This document shows positions 9,478 through 19,148 of a stretch of 64,000 nt of DNA, piece after piece (the first letter of the stretch is position 1; each line of letters starts with the position of its first letter). The notes beneath the pieces are model-generated. The model saw nothing but the letters and a program-made list of their open reading frames with translations, was not told where the DNA came from and made no database searches. The translations under genes were made by a program, and so were the position numbers. This DNA comes from Candidatus Hodarchaeota archaeon (GTDB lineage Archaea; Asgardarchaeota; Heimdallarchaeia; Hodarchaeales; Hodarchaeaceae), in NCBI GenBank assembly GCA_029856365.1, contig JAHQWW010000004.1:32001-96000 (forward strand), in the 5' to 3' direction.

Positions 9478-11682
9478 TTAAACTAGCTTTGGCTTCAGAT
9501 GATTTTCAATTTTATCCTTCTTTTTCTGTAATTTCTCTTTTCTTGCTTTTAACCGATTAATTATCTCCGTATGCTTAGTTTCGGAAATCTCATTATTCAA
9601 AAATTTTTCATCAGTGAAATTAATGGATTCTTCAATACGAGTTAAGGCTTCTTCTATTTCTTGAAGTTGTGGATAACCTATTGGTATACCCTTGCTATTA
9701 AGATCTGATGGAAAGTGTACAGTAACTTTCTTTTCTTTTCTAATATATTTGTGTTTATGTTTACGTTTTGAATCATGACTTTCTATTCTCTTAATGCTCT
9801 TTAGGCCTTTTATAGCCTTTAGACCTTTCTCTCTCATAGGAGCATCACTCAATAATTCATCTTCCCCTACAATGAATCCCATCTTCTCTCCTTTCGAATC
9901 AGTCAATAATAATTGAGGATCTTCTTTAAAGAGAGCTTCTACTCGTTTAGTAAATAACTGATCGAAATTCTGTTTGTCCTGAATGATTTTTGCTTTCATT
10001 TCTTCTAAATTAATTGGATCCCCCTCCTGAATATCTATTCCAAAAACTCGGACTTTTTCTCCAAAAGGTGTCTCAATAACGGAAACAAAAGGAGTCTGTA
10101 CGAAAGAATAGTCGGTTGTTTCTAGGACTGTGACAAAACCTCCAAAAACTTGGAAATATTGGCCAACTCCTTTAACCTCGATAACTTTGACAAGACCTCC
10201 TAAAACATTGACCAATTCTAACATTTTAGATTCAAAAACATAGATTCCTGGTAACCTTACTAAAGAATAGTCTTCTGTTTCTGTTATCGAATACTTAGAT
10301 GGTGTAGTATCCAAAACTGATGAAAAAATCCCTTGTGGTCCGCGCCATGTTTTCAGATCATTCAATGCTTTTTTAGTTTTTTCAAAAATTTCTGTTGCAG
10401 CATCAATACCCGCGTTTTTTAACTCTGCTTCGGTCAGTTCACTCATTTCTTTGGGATTCAATTGGAGTTTTATTTTATCCCATTCTTCTGGCTTTAACCA
10501 AAGTGTGGTTGTTCCTTCAATTGCTTTTTTTGACGAAGTTTCTTGATCTTCTGTCTTTGTTTCCATTTCAGACTTACCCATAAGCACTAACGCAGTTCCT
10601 TTTTCGGTAACCGTTGGAACAGCGATAGCTCCCTTACTAGCCATCACCGATGTGTTTCCCTTACTCACAAGCTTCATCTGATCAGTTGGAATTGTATATA
10701 CTCGTTCTGTTTTCTTGAACTCAGTTTTTTGTATAGTTTGCGCAAAATTCTGAACTCGATTACCAAGCTGACTAGAAGGATCAATAACTTGAACTTGACC
10801 AGAAACAGCATTCATGAGAGATCCAAACCGACTATCCCGTTTTTTTGGTGTAAAAATCAAGATAAATCCTATTAATAAGCTCAGGAATGCAATAAATTGA
10901 AACTGTTCAACATAAAATGAATTAACCCACTGTAATAAAAGTATGATTAACAGAAAGAAACCCCCAGCTAGTAAAGCATCACGAAATCTTTCCGTTGATG
11001 ATTTTAATGCTTGGTACTGATTGAATAGGTCAGTTGTACTCAAAGTTAATTGTTTGGGAGCTACTGGAAACAGATTACCGATTAAAAACATAAAGAATGT
11101 AATCAAAAGCAAAAAATCGAAATCGATTGGGAGTATTGGAATAGGATGGTAAAGATTAATCCCCTGACAAATGTAAAAAAATAGGCTTGCTAACCAACAA
11201 CCTTGAAGAATCCTTTGAATATAAAATAAATAACCCATTTTAAGAATTTTAAAGGAAAAGCTGTTCAGTAAAATAGTAAAAGGAATGAGAATACACACGA
11301 GAGCTCGCTCGAGCTCTCCATAAGATATTATTATAGCTGAATCCCATATATCTGGGATCATACTATTTGGGGTAGAAATTAAGATGAGAAGATAGAAGAT
11401 AAAGATCTTAACAGCACGATTCATTGGAGAAGCTGCTGATTTATCCTCTCCTATGAGATATATATACAATGGGGTGAATAAAAAAAGAGCTATTAGACCA
11501 GTGAATATTGTGGCACGAAATAGTCCAGTTTGTGGGAACAAAAACGCTGATATCCACCAAAAAACCAGTAACAATAGGAATACTAAATCAAGAAATGTCC
11601 TCGGTTTGAAAAATTGTTCTGTTTGGTCTAGTGCAAAACCTTCTAATGACCTGTATTTTGGCAATTGAAAATGTTCTGTCAA
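9478..11682 (-). CDS. Multi-pass membrane protein with large soluble C-terminal region
   Basis: About 8-9 hydrophobic segments in the first 280 aa, then beta-hairpin-like repeats, a basic/His patch and a C-terminal helical hairpin. Confidence 0.75.
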   Translation of the reverse strand: MTEHFQLPKYRSLEGFALDQTEQFFKPRTFLDLVFLLLLVFWWISAFLFPQTGLFRATIFTGLIALFLFTPLYIYLIGEDKSAASPMNRAVKIFIFYLLILISTPNSMIPDIWDSAIIISYGELERALVCILIPFTILLNSFSFKILKMGYLFYIQRILQGCWLASLFFYICQGINLYHPIPILPIDFDFLLLITFFMFLIGNLFPVAPKQLTLSTTDLFNQYQALKSSTERFRDALLAGGFFLLIILLLQWVNSFYVEQFQFIAFLSLLIGFILIFTPKKRDSRFGSLMNAVSGQVQVIDPSSQLGNRVQNFAQTIQKTEFKKTERVYTIPTDQMKLVSKGNTSVMASKGAIAVPTVTEKGTALVLMGKSEMETKTEDQETSSKKAIEGTTTLWLKPEEWDKIKLQLNPKEMSELTEAELKNAGIDAATEIFEKTKKALNDLKTWRGPQGIFSSVLDTTPSKYSITETEDYSLVRLPGIYVFESKMLELVNVLGGLVKVIEVKGVGQYFQVFGGFVTVLETTDYSFVQTPFVSVIETPFGEKVRVFGIDIQEGDPINLEEMKAKIIQDKQNFDQLFTKRVEALFKEDPQLLLTDSKGEKMGFIVGEDELLSDAPMREKGLKAIKGLKSIKRIESHDSKRKHKHKYIRKEKKVTVHFPSDLNSKGIPIGYPQLQEIEEALTRIEESINFTDEKFLNNEISETKHTEIINRLKARKEKLQKKKDKIENHLKPKLV

Positions 11683-11878
11683 GTAAAAATCAACCTCTGT
11701 ATAAAGTTGGTCTTTAAAAGCAATGAGGGATTATTTTGTAAAAATTTTTGTTATGATGTTTTTACATTTTTATGTATGAATTTTACCTATAAAGTTTAAA
11801 AACCCTAGTTTTGCGGTAACGAAAATAAATGAAATGAATAAAAAGAAAAAGTCTAACTACATGTTTCCAAGTGAGTTA

Positions 11879-14800
11879 TTATTTAATAAGACGTCCTCCA
11901 CAAAATGTACACCCCTCGTTTGTAATTTCCAACGGATTAACTAAAGCTCCACATTCTGAACATACCATAAGCTCTTCTCTCGGTGTATCTAGTTCTAATT
12001 CATCATTTCCATTCGCAAAAATTTCATTTGTTTCCAACTCATGAATCTCTTCTGAAGAAATTAGTGGTACTTTTTCTAGTACTCCTTGAGTTGTTGACTT
12101 TGATACTGATTTAGAGGGTGTATGAGACACTTTGGTTTTAGCATCATTCTTAAAGCTAGCTTTTTTCTTATCACTTGTTTTATTAACCAAAATAACAGGT
12201 TTTGGTTCATCTGTTTGCTTTTCATTCTGAAAAAGACTAACTAAGCCCTGAGATCTTAATTTTTTTTGCTTAGAGGATTTGATACTAATAGTATGCTTTT
12301 TAGTTTTCGTTTTAAGTCTTTTAGTCCTTCGTTTTTTCTTAACACTCTTTTTTTGTTCTTCCAAGAAGTGATATTGTACTTCCTGAGGCTGCGCTGTTTC
12401 TATTTCATTTAAGTCTAGTATCCTTTGTTGTAGTGGCGTTAGTTGCTGAGCTTCCCTTGGATATCGAATCATCCGATCGTAAATTCGTCCAGGCCCAAAA
12501 ACATCTTCAATATATTGATTAACATCTATTAATTTCTGCAAATCATCTTTTGTACTGAGTTCACCTAGCATAAAACTAAGAGTAGCTATAGCGTGTTTCA
12601 CCAAGACTCTTTTTATCGTTTTAAAGTCAAAATCAAAAAGTTGTCGTGGTATAACATGGTTCCCTTTGATATTCAACATCTGAATCCGTGTGCCAGGATC
12701 TACAGAAAATCCTAGATCTTTTAGAATATATGCAGCAGAGACTTGGGGTAATTTTGATTTATATGCTCTCAATGGTTTGTTGATCGCTTTTGGTTTGACA
12801 AAGTAACTGGGATCCATCTGGCCCTCGGTCATCTCAGTTCGAATCAGATTTCCCTCTCTATCGGCATTTTCATATAGCTGATCAAGTGTAATAGGATTGT
12901 CTGGGTTGTACTGATCCAAATAAGTGTTAATAATTCTCTCTTGAAAGTATTTCTGTAGTTGTGAAAAATCCGCTCGTTTTGATTCTAAACCCGTTAGTTC
13001 CTCTTCTATCCACACACGATTTTTCTGATTAAAACTATACACAATATATTTCTTCTTTCCCATTACAAATTGAAAGTCATAAGGCCCATCCTGTTCAAAT
13101 TGAATAAGGCTTTTACTTGATCGTGTAATTGTTTCTCCGTTATTTATCCAATAATTATCATTCTTTGAAACTGTTGCCACTTTTTCATTGAGAATTTTAT
13201 CAATAAGACTGACATTGAAGACTTTAGATCCATTTTCTTCATGAGGATTCTCAATTGTGACAGAAAAGTCCAAGGGGAATAATTTGGGAACCCACAACCA
13301 TATACCGTCAGTATTATGGCAAACAATGCCACCATTTGCAGATACAAAATTATTATTATCTTCTACAGATAGATCATAAACATAGTCAGTAGTCTTTTTT
13401 ATTTTGGTTATTCCTTTCTTCTTTAATCCAATAATTTCATTTAACTTTACATTCTCATAATGTAGTTTACTTCCCTGTTTCCAATTTTCTATATCCATAA
13501 AATTGACCATATACACAATATTTCCAGATGAACTTGAGGTTGTTTCTTGAATACTTACAATATAGCCTAATTCCTTACCTAATACGTACAAATCATCTCG
13601 CAATCCATCACTTGAAGTCCAGAATACCATTCGTTTTCCTTGTTTACTACCATCACCTTTGAAATATCCCGTTAAAAAGGCTTTTTTCACATTTGAACTC
13701 GAATTTAGAATCAACTTGGGAATTCTCTTTTCAAACGCATCTTTTCCACAACCCAATGCCTCAAATAGATGATAAAAGAAGAGGTTATCCATCGCTAATC
13801 TGTATGTTTCAGTTTTAGAATCAGAAAGAGCTGGACTTATTTTAAAATATGATGATAAATTATCTGCAACCATCTCTATTAATTTCTTAATTCGGTTTAG
13901 ATTATCCATATTTTGTTGAGAGATGCCTACACTTATCTTATCGTTATAAATTCCTGATGTACCCTCAGCTACATACCAACCACAAAGTTCAGCGATATTT
14001 TCATCTAGATGAATTTGTATTGGATATTTGTAGCTTCTCAATGTACCAATAAGTGCTTCTTCTGCATATTCATCTTTGAACTCATTCAATGGAATCCTAT
14101 AATAGTTTTTTCTTCTAGTTTTGTCATTTTTATCATATCTAAGACTAGATATTGGATATTTATTCCATTTCTCATTGGTATCTTCAGGTATGAACACATA
14201 TAAATCAATTTCAGTAATCTTGTGTTGGTTGAAATTAATCATTAATTTATTCTTTTTAACAGCAGGAAATCTAGCAATATGAGCAATAAATTCTTCTTCA
14301 AGTTTTTTTACTTCCATCGGTTCAAATAAGTTTTTATTTATATGAAAAATACTATGTGAATCAGTTGTAACAATGCTTCCAAAAGGAGTTTTAATCTTAT
14401 AAACATCTTTCGATGAAATTTGTCTAATACATTTGATAATCGGTTTCCATTCAACTTTACCTATTTTTGAAACTGAAAGGACGGCCCAATCTTCAGGTAC
14501 AATGATATAATCTACTAATCGTGAATTATCTGTTGTTTCAACTCCTTTAATAGACAAACAATAATCATAAAACTCACCAATTGACAAAACTTGAATTAAA
14601 CCATCAGGATCTTGAAAAATTAACCTTTCATTATAATCAAGGCTATCCAATTCTGTGACTAAGCCTATTTGCTCTAGTTGATTCGCAGCCCAAAATATCA
14701 AATTGGCTGATAATTTTGTTGTAATCCCAGCACACGGCATACTTGCATTCCTAACACCTCCTTTCATACCAAGGAGCCCATAAATACTGTTTAAAGGAAC

Positions 14801-17566
14801 TTTCATACCAATCTGGGTACTTTCGTGAAATTTTTGCTGGCGTAGTAATTTAGGAGGAACGGGTCCGTTTTGGTATTTCTGGGAAATAATTTGCGAAAGC
14901 CGTTTGGCTTCGATTTTATGGCGAACTCGGGTGTTAAAGAAGTCATCCATAATTCTAGCAACGAAGTTATAGGCTTTTTGGCAGACACGTGAGTAAACCG
15001 ACAATAATATTGTTATTTTCTTAGTTTTAACATCTAGACTCAAAAATGAATTTGTTGGGAGTTGAATATTCTCTGGTACATCCTCAAAAATATCAAAATG
15101 ATTCTGGTCTAGCTTAGTTGTGAGCTGTGTTGCTTCAATTGAGTTACGAAGCCATTGCTGAAGGGCAACATATGGATCTTTTGAGATATCAGATCCTAGA
15201 TATGTACGACTAACTGGTACTTTTTCTAATTCTGATCCGTTTTTAAGAATATAAGCTTCCGTCTCCTTTCCATCAAATGTGAATATTTCACGAGAGCGAA
15301 TGATACCGTTTTGAGTAGGTTCGTACCTCTTACATTTCGCTTCATTTTCTGCTTTACAAACCGAAGATGCACATTTATCAGGCCCCGTATCTTTGAAACG
15401 ACATGGCCGATTTGCTGAAAGTTTGATTACCCAATCACCCTCATAGAAACAACTATCATCAGGTTCATACAATTCGCACATTCTACACTTAGTTGGAGAG
15501 ATTATTCCCGATGGTTGGAGCTTATATTGACGAATTTGGGAAGGATACATAGAAGTAACGTCAACGTGGACACCCCTGAGTTGAGTTGTTCCATCCAAAG
15601 AAGATAATTTATCTATCTGCGTTAAAACATCTGTAGTAACTCTTTTAACATTAACAGGTTTATATGCAGATATTTTCTCCAAGATAATCCGGATAGAATC
15701 TAGTTGTCGTTTAAGTTCGTGACGTGGAATTCCATTTTTTAAGAGTTCTACCTCTACCTGTTTCAAGAACTGTACTGGATCTTCAGAGAATTCCACTTTC
15801 ACTTCCCCCAATTCAACTAAAAGATGTTTTTCAAATTCTTCTTTAATTACTTTCTTCGCAATTATATTACTTTCTTTTGCAATTACTTGTCTAATAATTT
15901 TTTTGAGGTTTTTTAACGCGTTCTTATTAACTTGATAATCGTAATAGAGATCACTTCGCCATATACCTGGCCTTTTAGCCTCAACCAATCCCCCTGTGTA
16001 AGCTAACGATTCGATGACAATACTAGGTGAAAAAGAAGTAATTCCATTCTTTCCAATCCTCTTTCTCCCTATTATCTGATGTTTATGATCTTCTGCATCG
16101 ATTAAAAGGTCATCTAACGATCCTGCTCGTCGTGTTAAAAGCTCTGACGCTGGAACTGGAAATATTTGACCCATAGAAATGAAAAAGTCAAGGACTATTT
16201 CCCGAACATACTTCCATGTGATGTAACCATCACAACCAGCATAAGCAACAGCTGAAACTGGATCTTTTTTAATGTTAAACAGAGCTTCTCTTCCAATAGG
16301 TATTATTTTCAGCTTTTTCTCCACACTCGGTTTCAAGCCAAGATCTTTTTTAGGAAGATAGCTATATTTCTCATTAAATAGATAAGCATCTAAATGAATA
16401 ACCCCGGCCCCTGACACATGATCAATGTTTGCTGAAGAATAATACCTGTGTAAATCTTTTCGACTCAGGTTCCTTGTCAGACGAAAGTTAATTTCAAAGC
16501 CAGTTTCTTTTTCAAAAGAGATTTTGTACTTTTCCGAACGAATGGCAAGAAAAGGAATATCAAAACGGCCCCCAAAGAAATCTGTAATGACATCTGGGTT
16601 ATAATCATTAATATACTTATAGAATAATTGTATTAGTTCCTTCTCAGTCTTTACAATGATAACTTCTATCGAGAACTTCTCGATTACATCTGGGAATTCC
16701 TGTGGTGCATCTGAATATTTCCAATCGACCCACGGTTTAGGATGGGTATCATCATCCTTTTGACGAAGGAGCATATCAAAATTTTTGACATTTTTTGTCT
16801 CGATAACTCTTGAATTAATAATTAATTTGTTTTCACTGCCAGTAAACAGTGAAATCATTGAAATCTCGTCTTTATTAGGATTAGGATCACGTGTTTGTTC
16901 AAAATCTGTTTCAATATCAAATGCTAGAATTTTTAATTGAGGAGGTGTTTTATCAGGTAATGGAGACAGATTAAGAATTTCTCCTCGGCTTATTTCAGCC
17001 AGGTACCAAGCTCCAACTCGAACATCATGATCTATTGCGCAACGATGATGAAACAGTACATCTGCTTCCCTCCATTCCTGTACTCCACTTATTTCTTCAC
17101 TTTTTGCCCGTAGATTTGGTACAGATCCTGGACGATCTGCAGTTACTTTAATAAATGGTTTTCTAAATAAAAATGTAAGATCGGCTGCGTCATAATAATC
17201 ACCCTTCTCTACTTTAATTACCTGTTTGTCTCCAATTTCTTTAATCTGCCCCATTATTCTATTGATTTCATTCTGTGATAAACTATCCTCAAGTAATAGG
17301 AAATAATATGGTTCATGTCTTAAAAATGCTTTACGCTTCTTATGGTCTTCATCTAAGAAATAGATTTGGATTCCATTTATTAATTTCGCTTTGCTATACT
17401 CTGTATCTTCGTATTGAGATACAGAATCATATGTATCCTCCCATTGACTATGAGTTTCATAATCTAATATGAAAATAGGTATCTTTTCTCGCTCATTATA
17501 ACGAAATGGTTGAAACCAAGATCGGTAACCTGGATGAAAAGTCTTTGTCCGTCTTGGTTTTGACAT
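11879..17566 (-). CDS. polB: Family B DNA polymerase, Pol epsilon-like catalytic subunit, intein-containing
   Basis: ExoI LAFDIET, ExoII FDIPF, ExoIII YAGCD; Pol motifs HVDVTSMYPS, KVPLNSIYG and ELD|TDGIW; Pol-epsilon-type LQPS..CxxC-x8-C..VCQ; C-terminal CxxC..CxxC. Confidence 0.93.
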   Translation of the reverse strand: MSKPRRTKTFHPGYRSWFQPFRYNEREKIPIFILDYETHSQWEDTYDSVSQYEDTEYSKAKLINGIQIYFLDEDHKKRKAFLRHEPYYFLLLEDSLSQNEINRIMGQIKEIGDKQVIKVEKGDYYDAADLTFLFRKPFIKVTADRPGSVPNLRAKSEEISGVQEWREADVLFHHRCAIDHDVRVGAWYLAEISRGEILNLSPLPDKTPPQLKILAFDIETDFEQTRDPNPNKDEISMISLFTGSENKLIINSRVIETKNVKNFDMLLRQKDDDTHPKPWVDWKYSDAPQEFPDVIEKFSIEVIIVKTEKELIQLFYKYINDYNPDVITDFFGGRFDIPFLAIRSEKYKISFEKETGFEINFRLTRNLSRKDLHRYYSSANIDHVSGAGVIHLDAYLFNEKYSYLPKKDLGLKPSVEKKLKIIPIGREALFNIKKDPVSAVAYAGCDGYITWKYVREIVLDFFISMGQIFPVPASELLTRRAGSLDDLLIDAEDHKHQIIGRKRIGKNGITSFSPSIVIESLAYTGGLVEAKRPGIWRSDLYYDYQVNKNALKNLKKIIRQVIAKESNIIAKKVIKEEFEKHLLVELGEVKVEFSEDPVQFLKQVEVELLKNGIPRHELKRQLDSIRIILEKISAYKPVNVKRVTTDVLTQIDKLSSLDGTTQLRGVHVDVTSMYPSQIRQYKLQPSGIISPTKCRMCELYEPDDSCFYEGDWVIKLSANRPCRFKDTGPDKCASSVCKAENEAKCKRYEPTQNGIIRSREIFTFDGKETEAYILKNGSELEKVPVSRTYLGSDISKDPYVALQQWLRNSIEATQLTTKLDQNHFDIFEDVPENIQLPTNSFLSLDVKTKKITILLSVYSRVCQKAYNFVARIMDDFFNTRVRHKIEAKRLSQIISQKYQNGPVPPKLLRQQKFHESTQIGMKVPLNSIYGLLGMKGGVRNASMPCAGITTKLSANLIFWAANQLEQIGLVTELDSLDYNERLIFQDPDGLIQVLSIGEFYDYCLSIKGVETTDNSRLVDYIIVPEDWAVLSVSKIGKVEWKPIIKCIRQISSKDVYKIKTPFGSIVTTDSHSIFHINKNLFEPMEVKKLEEEFIAHIARFPAVKKNKLMINFNQHKITEIDLYVFIPEDTNEKWNKYPISSLRYDKNDKTRRKNYYRIPLNEFKDEYAEEALIGTLRSYKYPIQIHLDENIAELCGWYVAEGTSGIYNDKISVGISQQNMDNLNRIKKLIEMVADNLSSYFKISPALSDSKTETYRLAMDNLFFYHLFEALGCGKDAFEKRIPKLILNSSSNVKKAFLTGYFKGDGSKQGKRMVFWTSSDGLRDDLYVLGKELGYIVSIQETTSSSSGNIVYMVNFMDIENWKQGSKLHYENVKLNEIIGLKKKGITKIKKTTDYVYDLSVEDNNNFVSANGGIVCHNTDGIWLWVPKLFPLDFSVTIENPHEENGSKVFNVSLIDKILNEKVATVSKNDNYWINNGETITRSSKSLIQFEQDGPYDFQFVMGKKKYIVYSFNQKNRVWIEEELTGLESKRADFSQLQKYFQERIINTYLDQYNPDNPITLDQLYENADREGNLIRTEMTEGQMDPSYFVKPKAINKPLRAYKSKLPQVSAAYILKDLGFSVDPGTRIQMLNIKGNHVIPRQLFDFDFKTIKRVLVKHAIATLSFMLGELSTKDDLQKLIDVNQYIEDVFGPGRIYDRMIRYPREAQQLTPLQQRILDLNEIETAQPQEVQYHFLEEQKKSVKKKRRTKRLKTKTKKHTISIKSSKQKKLRSQGLVSLFQNEKQTDEPKPVILVNKTSDKKKASFKNDAKTKVSHTPSKSVSKSTTQGVLEKVPLISSEEIHELETNEIFANGNDELELDTPREELMVCSECGALVNPLEITNEGCTFCGGRLIK
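13313..14644 (-). mobile_element. Intein (444 aa) with LAGLIDADG homing endonuclease in the PolB motif C (DTDG) site
   Basis: Splits ELD|TDG. Starts SLDYNE, block B TTDSHSIF, endonuclease motifs LCGWYVAEG and FLTGYFKGDG, ends VYDLSV...VCHN with +1 Thr. Confidence 0.93.
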
Positions 17567-17915
17567 AGGATTTACCCTAACTGTTTATTAATTAGAGTGG
17601 AACATTAAATAACAACGCATTTGGATTTTTTAGAGGTGAATTATTGGAGTACATCATGTCCATTTATTCTATTCATGTTTTCTTGGCGATATTGTCCTCT
17701 TGATGTCAAGGAAATACGAGATTAATCTATTCGGAAAAAGCCCCTCTACTGAATTAGGTATTATAAAGTGACAAATCTTGATTTAAAAATATACATGATA
17801 CCTTTTGCCTTTTATAAGGAAGACATATCTTTATAAAGTGCCTATATAAACTTCGATTTTACTTTCTTTTTCATTTCCTTCAAAGGTTTGAAGAAACTAC
17901 AAAAAACAAAGATAA

Positions 17916-18125
17916 ATGATTATTGTCGGAATTCTTATATTAATCTTAAAAAAGAATAAAGATAAAGGATTTGACATTGTGGTTCTACCTAAGGATACCA
18001 TCGAGAATGATTCATATGAATTGATTCAAATTTTTCGAAGTATTATGGATAGATTATCCTTAAAACTCCCCTCACAATTTATTAGTTATAGTTTATTTTG
18101 CAGTGAACTTGGAATCCTATATTAA
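17916..18125 (+). CDS. Short hypothetical protein or gene remnant
   Basis: 69-aa ATG ORF in an AT-rich intergenic region; no recognisable family. Confidence 0.3.
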   Translation: MIIVGILILILKKNKDKGFDIVVLPKDTIENDSYELIQIFRSIMDRLSLKLPSQFISYSLFCSELGILY

Positions 18126-18307
18126 ATGAGAAAGAAAGAAAAAAAGAAAAAAATGAATAGATCTCCCTAAATGAATGTGAAATGTTCTTGCAAGAGATTT
18201 ATCTGATCCTTTTACTTGAAAAAAATACCTAAAAAAATGATGAATATTAAAGCTTTATTTATTACCGAAGACGAAGAAAACGCTAAAAAATAGGAGTATT
18301 TTAAGAA

Positions 18308-18574
18308 ATGTCCTTCTTTACTCGACAATTAGTAAAATTTAGGACAGAGATTATTGGAGGGGTAATTGCTCTTGTTATGATAGTTACAGGTCTCATTATC
18401 CCTTTCTTCATCCCCGATCAACTACCTTCAGCTCCGCAAGGTTTTGAAGATGCAACTTGGATTAAAACTCTTATCTCTCTCCTTTTCATTGGAATGGGTA
18501 TTTTATGCTTTGTTTGGCTTGTAATAATTCATAGATTCATTTTACGTAGGAGTAAGAAGGATTACATGTACTGA
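18308..18574 (+). CDS. Small two-TM membrane protein
   Basis: AGGAG upstream; two hydrophobic helices; basic C-terminus. Confidence 0.75.
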   Translation: MSFFTRQLVKFRTEIIGGVIALVMIVTGLIIPFFIPDQLPSAPQGFEDATWIKTLISLLFIGMGILCFVWLVIIHRFILRRSKKDYMY

Positions 18575-18645
18575 AACTCTGCTGCTGTTCTTTTCAGAAT
18601 TTAATATTATAATCTAGATTGAAAAACTTATAGAAATGCAATAAG

Positions 18646-19092
18646 ATGAGAAGATTTTTTGATTCTCTTTTAATAAAATTTAGAGGTAAAACTATGGCTA
18701 AAACGAATGAACCTGTTGTTGTTTCTTCTAAAGTCTGGGCAATTCTTCTTGAAATTGAAGCATTAAGAATAAAAGAACATAAGTTAATTCGTAACCTTTG
18801 GTTCGATTTGAAGGAACACCATCATCGTAAAATCCATCAGATGGTGTTTGAGCAAGCTTTGCAGTCAAATTCTGCGTTTCCTTCTGTCTCACGAAAAGAA
18901 CTCGATGATTGGGTTTCGAAAAACATTACCACAGTATTTATAACATTAATTGAGCAAGGGGACATTATTGTTCAAGAGGAAGAGCCAAGTAAACCTCGAA
19001 AGTGGTTGTTTCAGGGAGTGGAGAAAATTAAAAAGAAAATTGATGAGACTCGAGAAAAAAATGCTGCTGATCAGAAGAAGACCTCAAAATGA
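18646..19092 (+). CDS. Hypothetical protein, possibly winged-helix-like (start may be ATG 18694)
   Basis: 148-aa ORF; GAGGT before MAKT; TLIEQGDIIVQE resembles a wHTH recognition helix and wing. Confidence 0.65.
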   Translation: MRRFFDSLLIKFRGKTMAKTNEPVVVSSKVWAILLEIEALRIKEHKLIRNLWFDLKEHHHRKIHQMVFEQALQSNSAFPSVSRKELDDWVSKNITTVFITLIEQGDIIVQEEEPSKPRKWLFQGVEKIKKKIDETREKNAADQKKTSK

Positions 19093-19148
19093 ATACAAAT
19101 TTTAGATAGGCTAGACATCAAGCATTTTTCTCTTATTAACTACCGAAG

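Noticed and set aside
17916-18125. Degenerate longin/uDENN fragment
   Set aside because: Resemblance is too weak without a profile search
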